From contig JAJDDP010000119.1 of NCBI GenBank assembly GCA_029260235.1, positions 874-64,873 on the forward strand: a stretch of 64,000 nucleotides of DNA. Direction: 5' to 3'. The notes beneath the pieces are model-generated. The model was not told where the DNA came from and did not search any database. It saw only the letters and a list, made by a program, of their open reading frames with translations. Both the position numbers and the translations under genes were made by a program. The stretch comes from Phycisphaerae bacterium (GTDB taxonomy: Bacteria > Planctomycetota > Phycisphaerae > UBA1845). This document shows, piece by piece, positions 45,699-55,276 of this stretch (positions are counted from its first letter, which is position 1; each line of letters starts with the position of its first letter).

Positions 45699-46718
45699 AT
45701 GCCGGTGTCACCTGGAAGGACCACACCGAGAATGAGCAAACAATCAGACCATCCCCATGCCCTGAGCCGTCGTGATTTCCTCGCCCAAGGATCGGCCCTG
45801 GCTGTAGGTGCAGCGGTCGGTGCGCCGTTGCTCATTCAGAATCAGACGTATGCAGGCCCTGCTTTATCGCCCGACCCCACCGTAGTGCGTATTCGATCTG
45901 AGGGCATCACCAACGAAGGCCAAATTGATCGCCGTGTTCTCAAGGAAATGGTCGAACACAGCCTAAGGACCTTGACCGGCACAGAGACAATGGTTGCGGC
46001 CTGGATGTCCGTGCTAAAGCCTGATGACGTCGTGGGATTGAAATTCAATCAATCAGCCTCGCGAGAGTTGGGTATCACCATCGAGATGGCGGAGATACTG
46101 GCCTCATCGCTGGTCGAGGCAGGATTCGACCGTTCCAAGCTTAGCCTCCTGGAAGTTCCTGAGGCTGTGTACGAAGAAACGGGCACAACCAAGCCGCACC
46201 TCGGCTGGAGCAAGGAAGAGGCTTCGTTTGGCAGTGGGCGGGATCAGCTGTCAATTTGGCTCGACCAAGTCTCTGCTGTGATTAACGTGCCTTTCCTCAA
46301 GAGTCACAATATTGCCGGCCTTACAGCCTGCCTGAAAAACATCTCCCATTCCATGGTCAAGCATCCCGCGCGATTCCACGAGAACCACTGCTGCCCCTAC
46401 ATCGCTGACATAGTGGCTTTGCCGAAGATTCGCAGCAAACTCCGATTGCACATCGTGAACGCGATCAAGATGGTCTATGCGGGTGGCCCCGAAGCCCGTG
46501 AGGGGCACGTTTGGAACGCCAACACGCTGCTTCTCTCTCGCGACCCTGTCGCCGCAGATACAATATCGCTTGAAGAATTAAACAACGTACGGATTGCCCA
46601 CGGGCTTGAGCCCATCCAGGCAAAGAATGGGCTTATCAAGTACCTCGCCCAGGCCGCCGAAAGAGGGCTTGGCAGAGCAGAATTGCACAACGTACCGCTC
46701 GTAAAAATCGTTATCTAG
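45699..46718 (+). CDS. DUF362 domain protein with Tat signal
   Basis: SRRDFL, VGLKFN, INVPFLKSH..LTACLKN, SRDPVAAD. The start may be 45732. Confidence 0.85.
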   Translation: MPVSPGRTTPRMSKQSDHPHALSRRDFLAQGSALAVGAAVGAPLLIQNQTYAGPALSPDPTVVRIRSEGITNEGQIDRRVLKEMVEHSLRTLTGTETMVAAWMSVLKPDDVVGLKFNQSASRELGITIEMAEILASSLVEAGFDRSKLSLLEVPEAVYEETGTTKPHLGWSKEEASFGSGRDQLSIWLDQVSAVINVPFLKSHNIAGLTACLKNISHSMVKHPARFHENHCCPYIADIVALPKIRSKLRLHIVNAIKMVYAGGPEAREGHVWNANTLLLSRDPVAADTISLEELNNVRIAHGLEPIQAKNGLIKYLAQAAERGLGRAELHNVPLVKIVI

Positions 46719-46802
46719 AGAGGATCTTCCCAGTCAGCTTGACTTGGACAAGGCGATACCCGCTGGCCGCAGAGATCAGTGCGGCAAAACTTCGGTAATT
46801 AG

Positions 46803-46831
46803 TTGACATATCCTCCTCGGCGTGATAGCCT
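46803..46831 (+). promoter_or_regulatory. sigma70 promoter with extended -10, about 610 nt upstream of the H-X9-DG pilin gene
   Basis: TTGACA-N17-TAGCCT preceded by TGn. Confidence 0.55.
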
Positions 46832-47441
46832 TTACAACGTAGGAGAGTAGGTGGTCTTGGGTGGTCGTATACCTCTTTTATTCGGTGTGCCTTATACTTG
46901 AATATACATAAATTGCTTCTTGCGGAATTTACCCGCTATCCTTTACCGAATCATACCCCATCACTCAGTTCCACCGCTGACATAGGACGTAGACCAAGCG
47001 TACCCGTATTTGGCTAGGTTTGGTCGCCACTGGTCACGGACTTCGCGTCTTTGGTGCGTGCTGCGCATCAAGGAATGTGCGTCGCTGGCTGAGCGTCCCA
47101 TTCGTCATGGCTTCCTCTCCCCCACAAGAGCGTACCAGAATTGCGTATTACCCATGGGCCTGTGTTTTCTGGGTGCGTTGCCCGGTTCAGGCGTAGGGTC
47201 GGTGTCGGTTGGGAATCTGCTCCGGTGGATCCTGCCAGACGTTGGCGCCGTTCAACACTCCCTATCGGCTTTGCCACTTGGTGGCAGCCCTGGGCATGAC
47301 CTTTGGTCGGGTTGATCGGCTTGGCGTCATACCGCAGTAATCGGTTTTTTCTATTGTTCGGGATACGGGCAATTCAAACCGGTTCCGGCCCGTAGGTGGC
47401 GGTGATTTTGCCGCGGAACTGAAAATGGGAGGTGTTGTGTG

Positions 47442-48407
47442 ATGAAGAAGAAGATTCAAGGATTTACCCTAATCGAACTGTTGGTGGTGGTGGCGATTAT
47501 CGCGCTGCTCATCTCCATCCTCTTGCCCAGTTTGTCGCGGGCCAGAGAGCTGAGCAAGCGGCTGGTCTGTGGTGCCAACGTCAAGGGCATCGGCACGTCG
47601 TGCAAGATTTATGCCAACGACAACTTCGAGCAGTGGCCTCTGGTCCCCTTCGACTCGGACGAGATCGCTGTTGCCCAAAATTCCGCTAGTGGCATCACCT
47701 ACTTCGGCGAGATTTGGGAGTTGGGCACCGGAAACCCGCCAGCGCTGGACCGGGCTGACATTTCGGAAGCACCCAATGATACGGCGCCTAATGGGATTGC
47801 AAGCTTGAACGTCTCTACGACCCGCTGCTTTTGGATGCTGGTCCGCACCGGCGACGTAACCACCAAGCAGTTCATTTGCCCAAGCAGTGACGACACGCCC
47901 GATGACACCGAGGAGATCGACCGCTACTACGATTTCGCCAGCATCTCGCGGATTAGCTACGGCTATCAAGTGCCATTTGGCGCCCCGGATACCCGGGCGA
48001 GCGAAAACTCAGACAACCGCCTAGCCTGTGCAGGCGACAAGGGACCGTACTCCATGAGCGGTGGCAACGATCCATCAGGCTGGCAAGACTCTTTCACAGA
48101 TTATGATCGAAACACGCCCCCCAACCGCTGGAAAGGACTCAACTCGCCTAACCACGGCGGCCGCGGCAGCGGCGAGGGCCAGAACCTACTCTTCGCCGAT
48201 GGTCACGTTGACTTCACGCGAAAGCCGATCGTAGGTATTGACGACGACAACGTGTATACCCAGATGGCGGGTTTTGAACCCATAGAGCGTTGGCTTGGTA
48301 ACTCGCCGGTCACCGAAGCAATGCCCCAAGGTGCAGGCACGCCTGGCTTCGAGGCATTCGACGCGGGTGCGGTGGATGCGATCACTGATGCCCTCATCTA
48401 TCCGTAG
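47442..48407 (+). CDS. Planctomycete prepilin-type N-terminal cleavage protein with H-X9-DG-type C-terminus (DUF1559-like)
   Basis: IQG|FTLIELLVVVAIIALLISILLPSLSRARE..C..N, FICPS, NHGGRGSGEGQNLLFADGHV. Strong GGAGG SD. Confidence 0.92.
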   Translation: MKKKIQGFTLIELLVVVAIIALLISILLPSLSRARELSKRLVCGANVKGIGTSCKIYANDNFEQWPLVPFDSDEIAVAQNSASGITYFGEIWELGTGNPPALDRADISEAPNDTAPNGIASLNVSTTRCFWMLVRTGDVTTKQFICPSSDDTPDDTEEIDRYYDFASISRISYGYQVPFGAPDTRASENSDNRLACAGDKGPYSMSGGNDPSGWQDSFTDYDRNTPPNRWKGLNSPNHGGRGSGEGQNLLFADGHVDFTRKPIVGIDDDNVYTQMAGFEPIERWLGNSPVTEAMPQGAGTPGFEAFDAGAVDAITDALIYP

Positions 48408-48456
48408 ACGGTTGACATAGGAATAGCCGACGGCTTTTCCGCCAATTGCTAATAAC

Positions 48457-48501
48457 AAGAGCCGGAGGACGGGCAATTGCTCGGCATCCGGCTCTTCTGT
48501 T
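48457..48501. terminator. Stem-loop between convergent genes, likely terminator
   Basis: AAGAGCCGGA (48457-48466) pairs perfectly with TCCGGCTCTT (48487-48496), followed by CTGTT. Confidence 0.65.
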
Positions 48502-48665
48502 GCGCGGGTTTCTGTTCTGGGGCTGACAGCCGGAAACTCAGAAGAGCTCGCCAAGTGCGTTCTTTCGCTACAAGCGCGGTTCGCCTGCGGCTAATGCGGA
48601 GACGCGTTTGGGCAGGTCCGGTCGCGATTGCCCTACGCTTGGGCGGAGAATCACCAAACTCAAGT

Positions 48666-48869
48666 CTACGGCGAAGTCGTGGCCAATTCGCATGCGGCCT
48701 TGAGGGCCGTTTCCTTGGTGGGGAACAGTTCGGTCGAGAGCAAGATCGCTGCTGGTTCGCCGGCCAAAGTGATGACGATGGGGCGGCGTGTCTCGCGCGC
48801 TTTGGCTACCAATTTCTCGGCATCGACGCACAACTCGCCCACGCTGCAGATGTCTTCAGGAACATACAT
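48666..48869 (-). CDS. Phd/YefM-family antitoxin-like protein (no adjacent toxin)
   Basis: EDICSVGEL..AEKLVAKARETRRPIVITLAGEPAAILLS matches the Phd N-terminal fold. GGAG SD, and TTGACG-N16-TAGGCT upstream. Confidence 0.7.
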   Translation of the reverse strand: MYVPEDICSVGELCVDAEKLVAKARETRRPIVITLAGEPAAILLSTELFPTKETALKAACELATTSP

Positions 48870-49064
48870 GAAGGCCCGCTCCAAAAAAGGAATTGAAAGA
48901 AACCGCAGGCGGAACTACAGGCAGCACCGCATACGGAACCGAACAGGCTGACGACCAGCCTATCGCTTCATCGGTCAGCGTCAACAACAATGTTTGCCCA
49001 ACTGCATGGAATTGTGGGGGGCATCGAATGGCTTGTGGACTGTAACCTTAGTTTTCAGCGAGGC

Positions 49065-50615
49065 TTAAGACCATTCTATGGTGGCTGGCGGTTTGGTGGA
49101 GATGTCGTAGACCACGCGATTGATGCGAGGCACTTCGTTGATGATCCGGGTCGAAATCTGGCCCAGGATGTTGTAATCGATGTGGGACCAATCAGCCGTC
49201 ATGAAGTCTTCGGTCTCGACAAGTCTAAGAGCGATCAAGTTTTGATCGGCATAGGTTTGCTCGTCACCCATGACCCCAATGGTGGCCACCGGCACCAACA
49301 CCGCCAGTGCCTGAGCGATCCGGTTGTACCAGCCTTCGGCAAGAAGCTCTTCGATCAAAATCGCATCGGCATGCCGGAGGATTTCCAATCGCTCCGGCAG
49401 AATCTCACCCATGATGCGCACGGCTAAGCCAGGCCCCGGGAAGGGGTGCCGCCAAACGATTGCTTTGGGCAGTCCAAGGTGCTCGCCCATGAGACGAACT
49501 TCATCCTTGAAGAAATCTCGCAATGGTTCAATCAACTCGAAGCCCAACTCTTCAGGTAAGCCGCCGACGTTGTGGTGCAGTTTGATACTGGCTGACACTC
49601 CGCCGATGCCCTGTCCTGATTCGATCACATCGGGGTAGAGTGTTCCCTGGGCCAAGAAGCGGGCGTTTGGGATAGCCTTTGCCTCCGCTTTGAACACTTC
49701 GATGAATTCCCGCCCGATGATCTTTCGTTTTTGCGGAGGGTCGCTGACACCGCTCAATGCATTGATGAAGCGCTCGCCTGCATCGGCAACAATCAGATTG
49801 ATCTTGAAGTGTTCCCGAAATGTGGCCTCGACCAAGTCGGTCTCATCCCGGCGCATCAGGCCGTTGTCAACGTAGATGCAAATCAAGCGGTCGCCGATGG
49901 CTTCGTGAACAAGGGCAGCCGTCACGCTGCTGTCTACGCCGCCCGACAGGCCGCAGATGACTTTTTCGTTCGGGCCGACCCGATCGGCAATATTGCGGAT
50001 GCAGTCCTGGACGAGGTTGCCCACACTCCAACCGCCGGTGGCACCGCAGACGTCGTAGACGAAATTCCGAATGATCTGGATGCCCCCGGGCGTATGGGTC
50101 ACCTCGGGGTGAAACTGCAATCCGTAGAATGGCCTGGATTGATGGCGGACGGCTGCATTGGGGCAGGAGTCCGTGCGGGCAATGACGTCAAAGTCGTCAG
50201 CCGTCGAAGCAACATTGTCGCCGTGGCTCATCCAGACAGAGGTTGGACTGGGCAGGTGGGCCAGCAACGGATCCTTCGAGACGATGTCCAGCAACGCCCG
50301 GCCGTACTCGTTCGATGGCGAGGACTCTACCTGGCCGCCGAGCATGTCGGACATCAACTGAAATCCGTAGCAGATACCCAAGAGCGGTAGTCCCATGTCG
50401 AGAATCTCGGGTGTACATCGTGGCGCTGCTTTTTCGTAGACGCTGGCAGGGCCGCCTGAAAATACGATGCCAACGGCATTCATACCGCGAATTTCATCGG
50501 GCGTAATCATTGGGCCACACAATGCGCTGTGCACGTTGTTATCGCGCACGCGCCGGGCGATCAGTTGGCTGTACTGACTACCAAAGTCGATGACCACGAT
50601 GGTTTCAGGCGGCAT
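49065..50615 (-). CDS. guaA: GMP synthase (glutamine-hydrolysing)
   Basis: DFGSQYSQLIARR, GICYG, QFHPEV, SGGVDS, QGTLYPDVIES, RHPFPGPGL, KPPATIEW. Confidence 0.97.
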   Translation of the reverse strand: MPPETIVVIDFGSQYSQLIARRVRDNNVHSALCGPMITPDEIRGMNAVGIVFSGGPASVYEKAAPRCTPEILDMGLPLLGICYGFQLMSDMLGGQVESSPSNEYGRALLDIVSKDPLLAHLPSPTSVWMSHGDNVASTADDFDVIARTDSCPNAAVRHQSRPFYGLQFHPEVTHTPGGIQIIRNFVYDVCGATGGWSVGNLVQDCIRNIADRVGPNEKVICGLSGGVDSSVTAALVHEAIGDRLICIYVDNGLMRRDETDLVEATFREHFKINLIVADAGERFINALSGVSDPPQKRKIIGREFIEVFKAEAKAIPNARFLAQGTLYPDVIESGQGIGGVSASIKLHHNVGGLPEELGFELIEPLRDFFKDEVRLMGEHLGLPKAIVWRHPFPGPGLAVRIMGEILPERLEILRHADAILIEELLAEGWYNRIAQALAVLVPVATIGVMGDEQTYADQNLIALRLVETEDFMTADWSHIDYNILGQISTRIINEVPRINRVVYDISTKPPATIEWS

Positions 50616-50622
50616 GCTCGGT

Positions 50623-51588
50623 TCACCATAAGACTTGAAGAGAAGAGGCCAACACCCGCTGGATGGCCCGAAGCCCAAAGAACGAGCCAGACAACACCAT
50701 TACAATTACCACAGGCATCCACAGGCCGAAGAAGAGCAGAACCCTTGTCCGCGTCACCACAGGGACGGTGTAGGCCAAGCGGATCAAACCAAACCAGCCG
50801 GCAAAGATAGCCAGCGCTGCCGGGATTGCTGCGACGACGAAAATCGTGGACTCGGTTACGGGGTACAGCCAGTGCTCTAGTCGGCCAATGAGGCATAAAG
50901 GCAGGGCAGCAAGCACCAAGCCCGCCGGCACCAACGGTGCAGCCCAGGCGGTTGCATAACAGAGAGCAGCCGACAATCTCTCTTCGCCGCGGAATTGGGG
51001 TCTGAGCGAGTGTTCAACTCCCATCCGCAAGAAAGGCATCAACAGCCCGATCAAGACAGTACACCATATTAGGCTGACGGCCGCCCCCGCTACAGCGAGC
51101 GGCGGGTTCCACCATAGGCCTACGATTCGATTCGGGTCGTCAATGCCTGCTGCGGGCATCTGGGCAATCTGAACCCAACCGCGCCCGCTTGGCTGAGGCG
51201 GTTCTCCTCCGGCATCCTCAGCCAGAATCTTTACTTCGTGCCAGCCAGAAAGCGTCAGCCAGCAGAAAGCAACGGTGAACGCCAGAGGAAACAGGTTCCG
51301 CCAGGAGTACTTCCTGGCGGCCAGCGAGATGCACATCAGAGAGAGGTGGGCCAACCGTCCCGAGTTCGCGCTCCAGATATGCCAGGTCATAGCCAGCCAA
51401 CTTCCCCAACCTGGCTTTTCAGTCGCAGCATAGGGTGAGGTGTCTTCTGCGGTAATGGGTTCTTCTTCGATTTGCAGGCCACACAAAGGGCAGCGGCCCC
51501 GCTCCAGGTGGTCGAGCGCCTGCCCGCAACCGGTGCAACGGGGCGTGTTGGGTTCAGAGATGGCAGCGTCTGGAGCTGATCGGGTCAT
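50623..51588 (-). CDS. Zinc-ribbon multi-pass membrane protein
   Basis: CTGC..RCPLCG N-terminus followed by about five TM helices. Directly upstream of guaA. Confidence 0.65.
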   Translation of the reverse strand: MTRSAPDAAISEPNTPRCTGCGQALDHLERGRCPLCGLQIEEEPITAEDTSPYAATEKPGWGSWLAMTWHIWSANSGRLAHLSLMCISLAARKYSWRNLFPLAFTVAFCWLTLSGWHEVKILAEDAGGEPPQPSGRGWVQIAQMPAAGIDDPNRIVGLWWNPPLAVAGAAVSLIWCTVLIGLLMPFLRMGVEHSLRPQFRGEERLSAALCYATAWAAPLVPAGLVLAALPLCLIGRLEHWLYPVTESTIFVVAAIPAALAIFAGWFGLIRLAYTVPVVTRTRVLLFFGLWMPVVIVMVLSGSFFGLRAIQRVLASSLQVLW

Positions 51589-51727
51589 CTTGCTTCGAGA
51601 TGGTAACGCACTTTCACCGACATCGAAATGATGATTCCGGGTTTCATTCTGGAGAACTACGCAGCTGGCAGAACGTGTTCGCCGGGCGCACGTTGACCGT
51701 CTGCCTCGCATGGGATAACAGGTGGTT

Positions 51728-54700
51728 ATGGCCACTCGGTTTGTGATAGGTCGGGCAGGTGCCGGCAAGACCGAGCATTGCTTGTCAGCAATGCGGGATC
51801 AGCTGGTTGCCTCGGTTGACGGCCCCCGTCTATTGCTCCTGGTACCCGAGCAAGCAGCCCTGCAAACCGAGAGGGCATTGATCACCGATCCGCGCGTGGG
51901 CAGCTCTCACCGGGGCGAGGTAATGGGCTTTGCCCGCCTCGCTGATCGAATCCTGGCTTCGACCTCCCAAGCCGGGCCCAAAGCGCTAACCGCCAACGGC
52001 AGGGCGATGACACTTCGGTACTTGTTGGCCCGACTTTCAGGCCAACTCCAGTACTATCAGCGACTCGAAAGATTAAACGGTTTCATCAACCAATTGGCCC
52101 GGTCCGTGGGCGAGTTGTTTGAAGAAGCCATCGAACCAGACCAACTCCAAGCGGCGGCTGGTGCCTGCGCGGACGATCCGATGCGGGCACAGAAATTGGC
52201 TGACTTACATTTGATCTACCAAGCCTATCTGGACCATTTGGGCGGCGAACGCCTAGACCCGTCGCAGCACCTTGAGGCTGCCCGCCGCCGCGCAAACCAA
52301 GTGCCTTGGCTGCGCGATGCCCATATCTGGGTGGATGGCTTTGCCGGGTTCACACGCCAAGAGACGCTGCTATTGTCCAAAATCGGTTCAGTCGTTGGCG
52401 CTGTGGAAGTGACGGTGATGGCTGATCCTGCCTTGGCGGAGCGCTTGCCTCGGTCGCTGGGCGAGCTGCCGTCTGAGTCGGTTGACCTCTTTGCCAAGAC
52501 AGCCCGTGCCCACGCCCGGCTGTGCCACGACTTCCGTGAGGCAGGGGTGACCATCGGAGAGCCGTTGCTGCTGCGACAAACTTCCTCCAAACGCTTTGGT
52601 AGTGGTAGCGCTTTGGAAGAAATGGAACGCCAACTCTTTTCAACGAGGCGTCCAACTGCCCAGGTGCCAGAACCAAGCACTTCTGAAGAGGCCGCAGGCA
52701 CTGTGGGCCTGATCGAGCTATCTAGCCGCCGGGCAGAGGTAGATTATGCGGTGTTGCAGATCTGCAATTGGGTGCAGCGGCCGCGCACCCCCCTGCGCTA
52801 TCGAGACATCGCCCTGATCGTTCGCAACTTGGATCCCTACCACGACTTGCTCGGCGCCGCCCTAACTCAAAGAAACATCCCGCACTTCATCGATCGGCGC
52901 AAGCCAACGACTCACCATCCACTGGTCGAACTGCTCCGAGGCCTGACCGTCATGGTCGCAGATGCTATGTCGCTGTCATCGGTGCGACCACTACTCAAGA
53001 CCGGATTGATGGGTCTTGATGATGAGCATGCCGACACCCTGGAAAACTTCATCCTAGCCCACAACATTTCTGGGTTTGATGCCTGGCTGGGCGACGATTG
53101 GAAACCTCTCTCGGACGAAGCCCGCCTGCCTGGACCGCGGAAGGCTCTGCAAGACCCCTCTCAAGCAGAAGTGGCTCACTTGGCCTTGATCAACCAAGCC
53201 CGGAGGCAGTTCATCGGCAAGCTGAGCGGCTGGTTGTCTGTCGCCCACGATGAGCAAACACTGACTGCCGATCAATGGGCCAAGTCGCTGGCAAGAGCCC
53301 TCGTTGACCTCGACGTCGCCAAGCAACTCGAGTCATGGGCTGCCGATGCCCAGGAGGACGGCCGACCCGAAGAAGCGGAGGAGCATCGCCAGCTCTGGCG
53401 AGACTCGGTCGCTTTTGTCGAAGATCTAGCCGACGCCCTCGGCGATCAACGGATGAATATCCACGAGTTGGCCTCGGTGATCGATGCGGGCTTATCCCAG
53501 TTCACGCTGGGACTGGCACCGCCCATGTTGGACCAGGTTATGGTGGGAGGCATCGAGCGGAGTCGGCACCCAGAAATCAAGGCTGCGGTCATCTTGGGTT
53601 TCAATGACACCGCTTTCCCCCAAGTGTCATCGGAAGGCACTATCCTTAACGACGACGACCGGCTGTACTTGGCGGATCAAGGCTTGACGGTGGGCACGCG
53701 GCGCAAGCAACGCATTCTCGAAGAGAAACTCCTGGTCTATGTCGCCTTCACCCGGGCGAGCGATGAGCTTCTGATTACTTATCCCCTGACGGATGAGCAA
53801 GGCAACGGGCTTCGCCCTTCACCCTTCGCAGCCGATCTTCGGGCTGCGTGCCCGTCGCTGGCGGAGACCTCAATTCCTGATCCGACCACAACCCGGGCGA
53901 CTTGGCCGCTGATGTCATCGACCGATCTAGCTGAGGCGCTGACCCGCGAGTTCCGAGAACGACCTGCGATTGATGAGGACCCGTTAGCTTCGCGGAGCCA
54001 ATGGAACGATATCTATCGAGCGGCGATCCAAGATGAAAGCCTGCGCAGCGGGTTGGCTGTCCCCTTGGCGTCGCTGGCGTTCTGCAATCAGGCTCAACTG
54101 TCCCCCAAATCCATTGAGCAAATGTCACCAACTCCGTTCCAGGCCAGCGTGTCACGTCTTGAGCGCTATGCCGCCTGCCCTTTCCAGCACTTCGCCGATT
54201 ACGCCCTGAGACTCCAGGAGCGAGAAACGACAGTTTTGCAGGACAACGACTTGGGCACCTTGCACCACGCGGTTTTGGAAGATTTCATGAACGGTCTCGT
54301 AGCCAATGGCCAGCGTTTGGCGGATCTCGACGAAGTCTCAGTTCTAGAGCGTCTTGACGAAAGTTCAGCCCGGATGGCGCTCAGGCCTGCCCTGGCATGC
54401 AGCATGTCCATTGCCCGGGAGGCGTACTTATTGCGCAGGCAGCGCGAGGATCTGGGTCGGGTACTCAGTGCTCAGCGTCACACCGCGTCGAGAGGGAATT
54501 TTAGGCCTAAGGACACCGAGGTGCCGTTCGGCTTCAAGGACGATGCAAACTCTCTGCCTGCCTTGGAGTTGGATACGCCCGCCGGCAGACGGCTTCATCT
54601 TCGCGGCTATATCGACCGGGTTGATTTGGCTGAATTGTCTGACGAGTTGCTGGGCATTGTCATCGACTACAAGCGCTCTGGCCAGAAGAAGACCCTTGAT

Positions 54701-55276
54701 CTTGCCAGGGCGTACAACGGCTTGTCTCTTCAACTGCTCGGCTATCTGCTGGTACTGGCCCGGCATGGCACTACGCTGGCAGGTAGGCCTATTCGGCCAA
54801 TCGGGGCGTTCTTTGTCACTTTGACCAGTCACTACATCCCGCTGGAGCATCCCGATGAGTACTTGGAAGCTACACACGATGCCAAAAAGAGGCACTACCC
54901 AAGAGGGCTGATCGATTTCGACAGTGTCCAAGCGCTCGAGGCAGGGTTCAGTTCGGGCAAAGCGGAATGCCACCAGGTCGAAATCAAGAAAGCGGGCGGG
55001 ATCAGCCGCAGGAATACCTCTGATGCCGCCACTCACCATGAATTCAATGCCCTCCTGGATCGAACGCGGCGTGAATTGGGGAGATTGGCCGATGGAATTC
55101 TGGATGGGGATATACGCGTAGCACCTTATCGTCTCAAGAGTTTCTCTCCGTGCAGTTGGTGCGCTTACCGAAGCGTATGCCGGTTCGAGTTCGACCGCGA
55201 CGACGTTCGCCATCTGCACCCCATGGGCAAAGACCAGGTGCTCGATACGGTTGTGCAAGAACAGGGGAACGCATGA
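51728..55276 (+). CDS. addB: ATP-dependent helicase/nuclease subunit B
   Basis: GRAGAGKT, LVPEQ, WVDGF, SVSRLERYAACPF, GYIDRVD..IDYK, CSWCAYRSVC (Fe-S cysteines). Confidence 0.93.
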   Translation: MATRFVIGRAGAGKTEHCLSAMRDQLVASVDGPRLLLLVPEQAALQTERALITDPRVGSSHRGEVMGFARLADRILASTSQAGPKALTANGRAMTLRYLLARLSGQLQYYQRLERLNGFINQLARSVGELFEEAIEPDQLQAAAGACADDPMRAQKLADLHLIYQAYLDHLGGERLDPSQHLEAARRRANQVPWLRDAHIWVDGFAGFTRQETLLLSKIGSVVGAVEVTVMADPALAERLPRSLGELPSESVDLFAKTARAHARLCHDFREAGVTIGEPLLLRQTSSKRFGSGSALEEMERQLFSTRRPTAQVPEPSTSEEAAGTVGLIELSSRRAEVDYAVLQICNWVQRPRTPLRYRDIALIVRNLDPYHDLLGAALTQRNIPHFIDRRKPTTHHPLVELLRGLTVMVADAMSLSSVRPLLKTGLMGLDDEHADTLENFILAHNISGFDAWLGDDWKPLSDEARLPGPRKALQDPSQAEVAHLALINQARRQFIGKLSGWLSVAHDEQTLTADQWAKSLARALVDLDVAKQLESWAADAQEDGRPEEAEEHRQLWRDSVAFVEDLADALGDQRMNIHELASVIDAGLSQFTLGLAPPMLDQVMVGGIERSRHPEIKAAVILGFNDTAFPQVSSEGTILNDDDRLYLADQGLTVGTRRKQRILEEKLLVYVAFTRASDELLITYPLTDEQGNGLRPSPFAADLRAACPSLAETSIPDPTTTRATWPLMSSTDLAEALTREFRERPAIDEDPLASRSQWNDIYRAAIQDESLRSGLAVPLASLAFCNQAQLSPKSIEQMSPTPFQASVSRLERYAACPFQHFADYALRLQERETTVLQDNDLGTLHHAVLEDFMNGLVANGQRLADLDEVSVLERLDESSARMALRPALACSMSIAREAYLLRRQREDLGRVLSAQRHTASRGNFRPKDTEVPFGFKDDANSLPALELDTPAGRRLHLRGYIDRVDLAELSDELLGIVIDYKRSGQKKTLDLARAYNGLSLQLLGYLLVLARHGTTLAGRPIRPIGAFFVTLTSHYIPLEHPDEYLEATHDAKKRHYPRGLIDFDSVQALEAGFSSGKAECHQVEIKKAGGISRRNTSDAATHHEFNALLDRTRRELGRLADGILDGDIRVAPYRLKSFSPCSWCAYRSVCRFEFDRDDVRHLHPMGKDQVLDTVVQEQGNA

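Noticed and set aside
47262-47269. Perfect GCCGATAG sigma28 -10 box on the minus strand
   Set aside because: No T[AC]AAG -35 at 14-16 nt spacing and no minus-strand gene downstream.
47010-47315. 101-aa ORF in the long leader
   Set aside because: TTG start with no SD and no recognisable protein features.
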